This document shows positions 61,142-64,000 of a DNA stretch of 64,000 bases, one piece after another (within the stretch, counting starts at the first letter, position 1; the number at the start of each line of letters is the position of its first letter). The DNA is taken from positions 92,754,001-92,818,000 of the forward strand of contig NC_086097.1 in assembly GCF_963921235.1 (NCBI RefSeq). Reading direction: 5' to 3'. The stretch is from Mobula hypostoma (lineage: Eukaryota). A program made the position numbers and the translations under genes. The notes beneath the pieces are model-generated. The model searched no databases and had not been told where the DNA came from. It was given only the letters and a program-made list of their open reading frames with translations.

Positions 61142-63619
61142 GCCCAGTTATCTTGATCTTTTTTCTAGGTTCCCTCCTACAACAGGTCAAGTCGAGTTCC
61201 TTGCCAGGTTCACAGGTGTGGTGAGGTGCACAGCAGAGGGAAGGAGTGCCTTGCACCTCCTTTGGTAGAGATGGATCTCCATCCTACCAAAATTGACAAT
61301 GGAGAATAGAAATAAACAGAAAGTAACAATCCTCTCCGAATGGTGGACTGTCACTACAAGAATTCATGAATGCAGCTCAATTGTGCACTATATATATATA
61401 TAAATAATTTGACTGAGGGAGCCAAATGTAATATTCCAATTTTATCACACAAAATTCATTAATGTGTAATTGGTTTACTATTGCCACGTGTATCATTAAA
61501 AAATAATTTTGAATGCCATCAAGACAGATCATTCCAAACATACAATAAGTCTATTGAGGTAGTAGAAAAGAAAATGTTAATAGAATGCGGAATGGAGTAT
61601 TATATTTAGTTACTGAAGAAGTGCAGTGCAGGTAGACAAATAAGATGCATGGGTCAAGAGTTGGGAAATCAAGAGTTCTTCTTTATTGTACTAGAGGCGT
61701 GTTAAAGAGTCGTTTAACAGTGGAATAGAATTAAATCTGGTGGTACATGCTTCCAAGTTTTTGCTTCTCCTGTGCAATGGAATGGAGGAGAAGAGAGGAT
61801 GACCAACTTCGGAAGGATCTTTGGTTATGTTAGCTGCTTAGAGGCATGGGAAATGTATACAGAGTTTAACGTAGGGGAGGCTGGCCTTTGAGATAGACTG
61901 GGCTGTGTTAAAAATGTGGATTATTTGTTTAATTATTGAGATATTAAACAAAGTAGGCCCTTCTGGCCCTTTGAGCCCTGCTGCCCAACAAACCCCAATT
62001 TACCCCAGCCTAATCATGGGAAGATGTGAGCTTGTCCACTCGGCAGAAGAATCAGAGGTGCCAATTTTTTTAAATGGTGACAGTTTGGAAAATGTTTGCA
62101 TTAATACAGAGACATGGATGTCCTTCCTTCTAGACAAGTCACTGAAAGCTAACTGTTGGCGAAGCAGGCAATTAGAATGGCAACGCACACTTTAGAATGG
62201 CAAATTGATATGTTGGTCTTCATTGCAAGATGATTTGAAGACAAGAGTAAACAAATTCTTACTGTAATTGGTACGAGCATTGGTGACACCACAAATGGCT
62301 CGTTGTGTACTGTTTTGGTCTCCTTCCATAATATATGTAAAACTGTTTTAACAAGGCCTGACATAGTAGATATGTGGTAAGATGCTTCCCTGGACAAGGA
62401 GTCCAGAATTAGGAGACACAGACATGAAATAAAGCCTATTTGGAGAAGAAATTACTTCACTCAGAAGGGTGGTGAATTCTCTACCCCAGATGGCGGTGGA
62501 AACTTTGCCATTATATATATTAGATATGTACTCAGTACAGGAAAATGATGCTGGGTTGGAAGATGAGCCAGAATTTCAACGGCACTACAGACACAGTCCT
62601 TCTGCTCGTTTGTTTTGTTTTTATGTTCTCAATGGTTGGGAATTTAACAGTTAATTTGGATGGCACTCATTCTCTGGGAGTGTATTCCTTCCCCAAACTT
62701 ACATCACCACATGGGAATTTACCTGACACCTACCTTGGTACTAATTAGTGTTTCTTTTATCTTCTTCTGGAATTGTTCTCACTCCCTGAGATTTCATCTC
62801 TTACCTGGATTGAAAACCCTGCTTGGAATTTTATACATTGATTAGGATTACACTCACTGCTTTTGATTTTATCCACCCCCTGTGCTGAGCTCTTTCCCTG
62901 ACATAATCCAATTATACAGGGTTTACTGCTTGGCCTTTTAACAGTTACTCAGGCCCAGGGTTTTTTAAACATTTGGAATTGCTGTTATTACCTGCAATGT
63001 TGTCCCTTACATGCACTTGCTCTTGTCTGATTTTATCCATTAATAGGGATGGTAATCTCCTATTTTTCCATTATCTTAGAATTTTATCCCTTCATTTAGA
63101 TTATAGTCCCCATCTGGAATTCTTTGTATTATCTATTGTAATATGTGCCTGAGTTTTATTCCTTAAACTGTCATTATTTTAATCAAATCCATTGGATTTT
63201 ATCTACGAGTTGCTCCTACTACCTGAGTTTCCATCTCTTATCTGGAATTGTGCTCACTTTCTGGGGTTGTTTTCCCTGCTGGAGATTGCAGTGACTACCT
63301 GGAACTTTATATGTCACCGGGATCACATTCCCAATGAGGACCTTTATCCACTTCCTGTGTTTGCAATACTTCCTGGGATTTTGTCTTGAGTCCAAGATTG
63401 TATTCACAGATTGTACCTGGGATTGTACACAGTGTTTGGGATCTTTATCCTTTACTCTGGAATTGCTTTCACTTCCTAGGAGTTTATCACTTGGTTTTAT
63501 TTCTTCCATTATCTGAGATTGCTTCTTCCATTATCTGAAATTGCACCTTGAGTGGGAATTTATCCCCCTCTAAAATTGCAGTCACATGTAGGATTTAGAA
63601 TGATCCCAGTCCGCCGATA

Positions 63620-64000
63620 TTTGAATTGAACTGAATTGAATTGACTTTATTACTTACATCCTTCATATACATGAGGAGTAAAAATCTTTACGTTACATCT
63701 CCATCTAAATGTGCAAAGTGCAATTTATAGTAATTTATAATAAATAGTATGCACAACAAGACAGTCAATATAACATAGAAATACAATTATATCAGTATGA
63801 ATTAATCAGTCTGATGGCCTGGTGGAAGAAGCTGTCCAGGAGCCTGTTGTTCCTGGCTTTTATGCTGCAGTACCTTTTCCTGGTTGGTAGCAGCTGGAAC
63901 AGTTTGTGGTTGGGGTGACTCATGTCCCCAGTGATCTTTTTACACACCTGTCTTTGTAAATTTCCTGAATAATGGGAAGTTCACATCTACATATGAGCTG
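63620..64000 (-). mobile_element. Rex1/Babar LINE 3' end (runs off window)
   Basis: (attca)n tail on the minus strand and a C-terminal RY.SIKAR..RLLDSFFHQAIR-like coding remnant. Confidence 0.7.

Overview
Vertebrate genomic DNA, most likely a cartilaginous fish (ray/skate-like repeat set: CR1/HER1-type LINEs, V-SINE, DeuSINE, Rex1/Babar, L1, Neptune-type Penelope elements). The only host gene I can support is the 5' part of RPAP1 on the minus strand. It has six phase-compatible coding exons between 7331 and 24034 and a probable non-coding first exon/promoter at about 46.0-47.0 kb. A second CpG island (about 55.7-57.4 kb) probably belongs to an unidentified divergent gene and is followed by a 36-bp minisatellite. 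The rest is mostly nested transposable elements. The most notable signal is a Penelope-like (RT + GIY-YIG) retroelement family whose 3' end carries a minimal type-I hammerhead ribozyme (CUGACGA-A-GGGU/CUCG/GCCC-GAAACGUC^GAC). Its helix III is a loop-less palindrome, so it should only cleave as a dimer. At least 7 recognisable copies occur in the window. Two sit in 107- and 160-bp non-coding, TSD-flanked insertions that are little more than the ribozyme plus a 3' hairpin, and a 48-bp insertion contains only the element's 3' tip. TE boundaries without a stated TSD are approximate, and all family calls come from motif recognition, not database searches.
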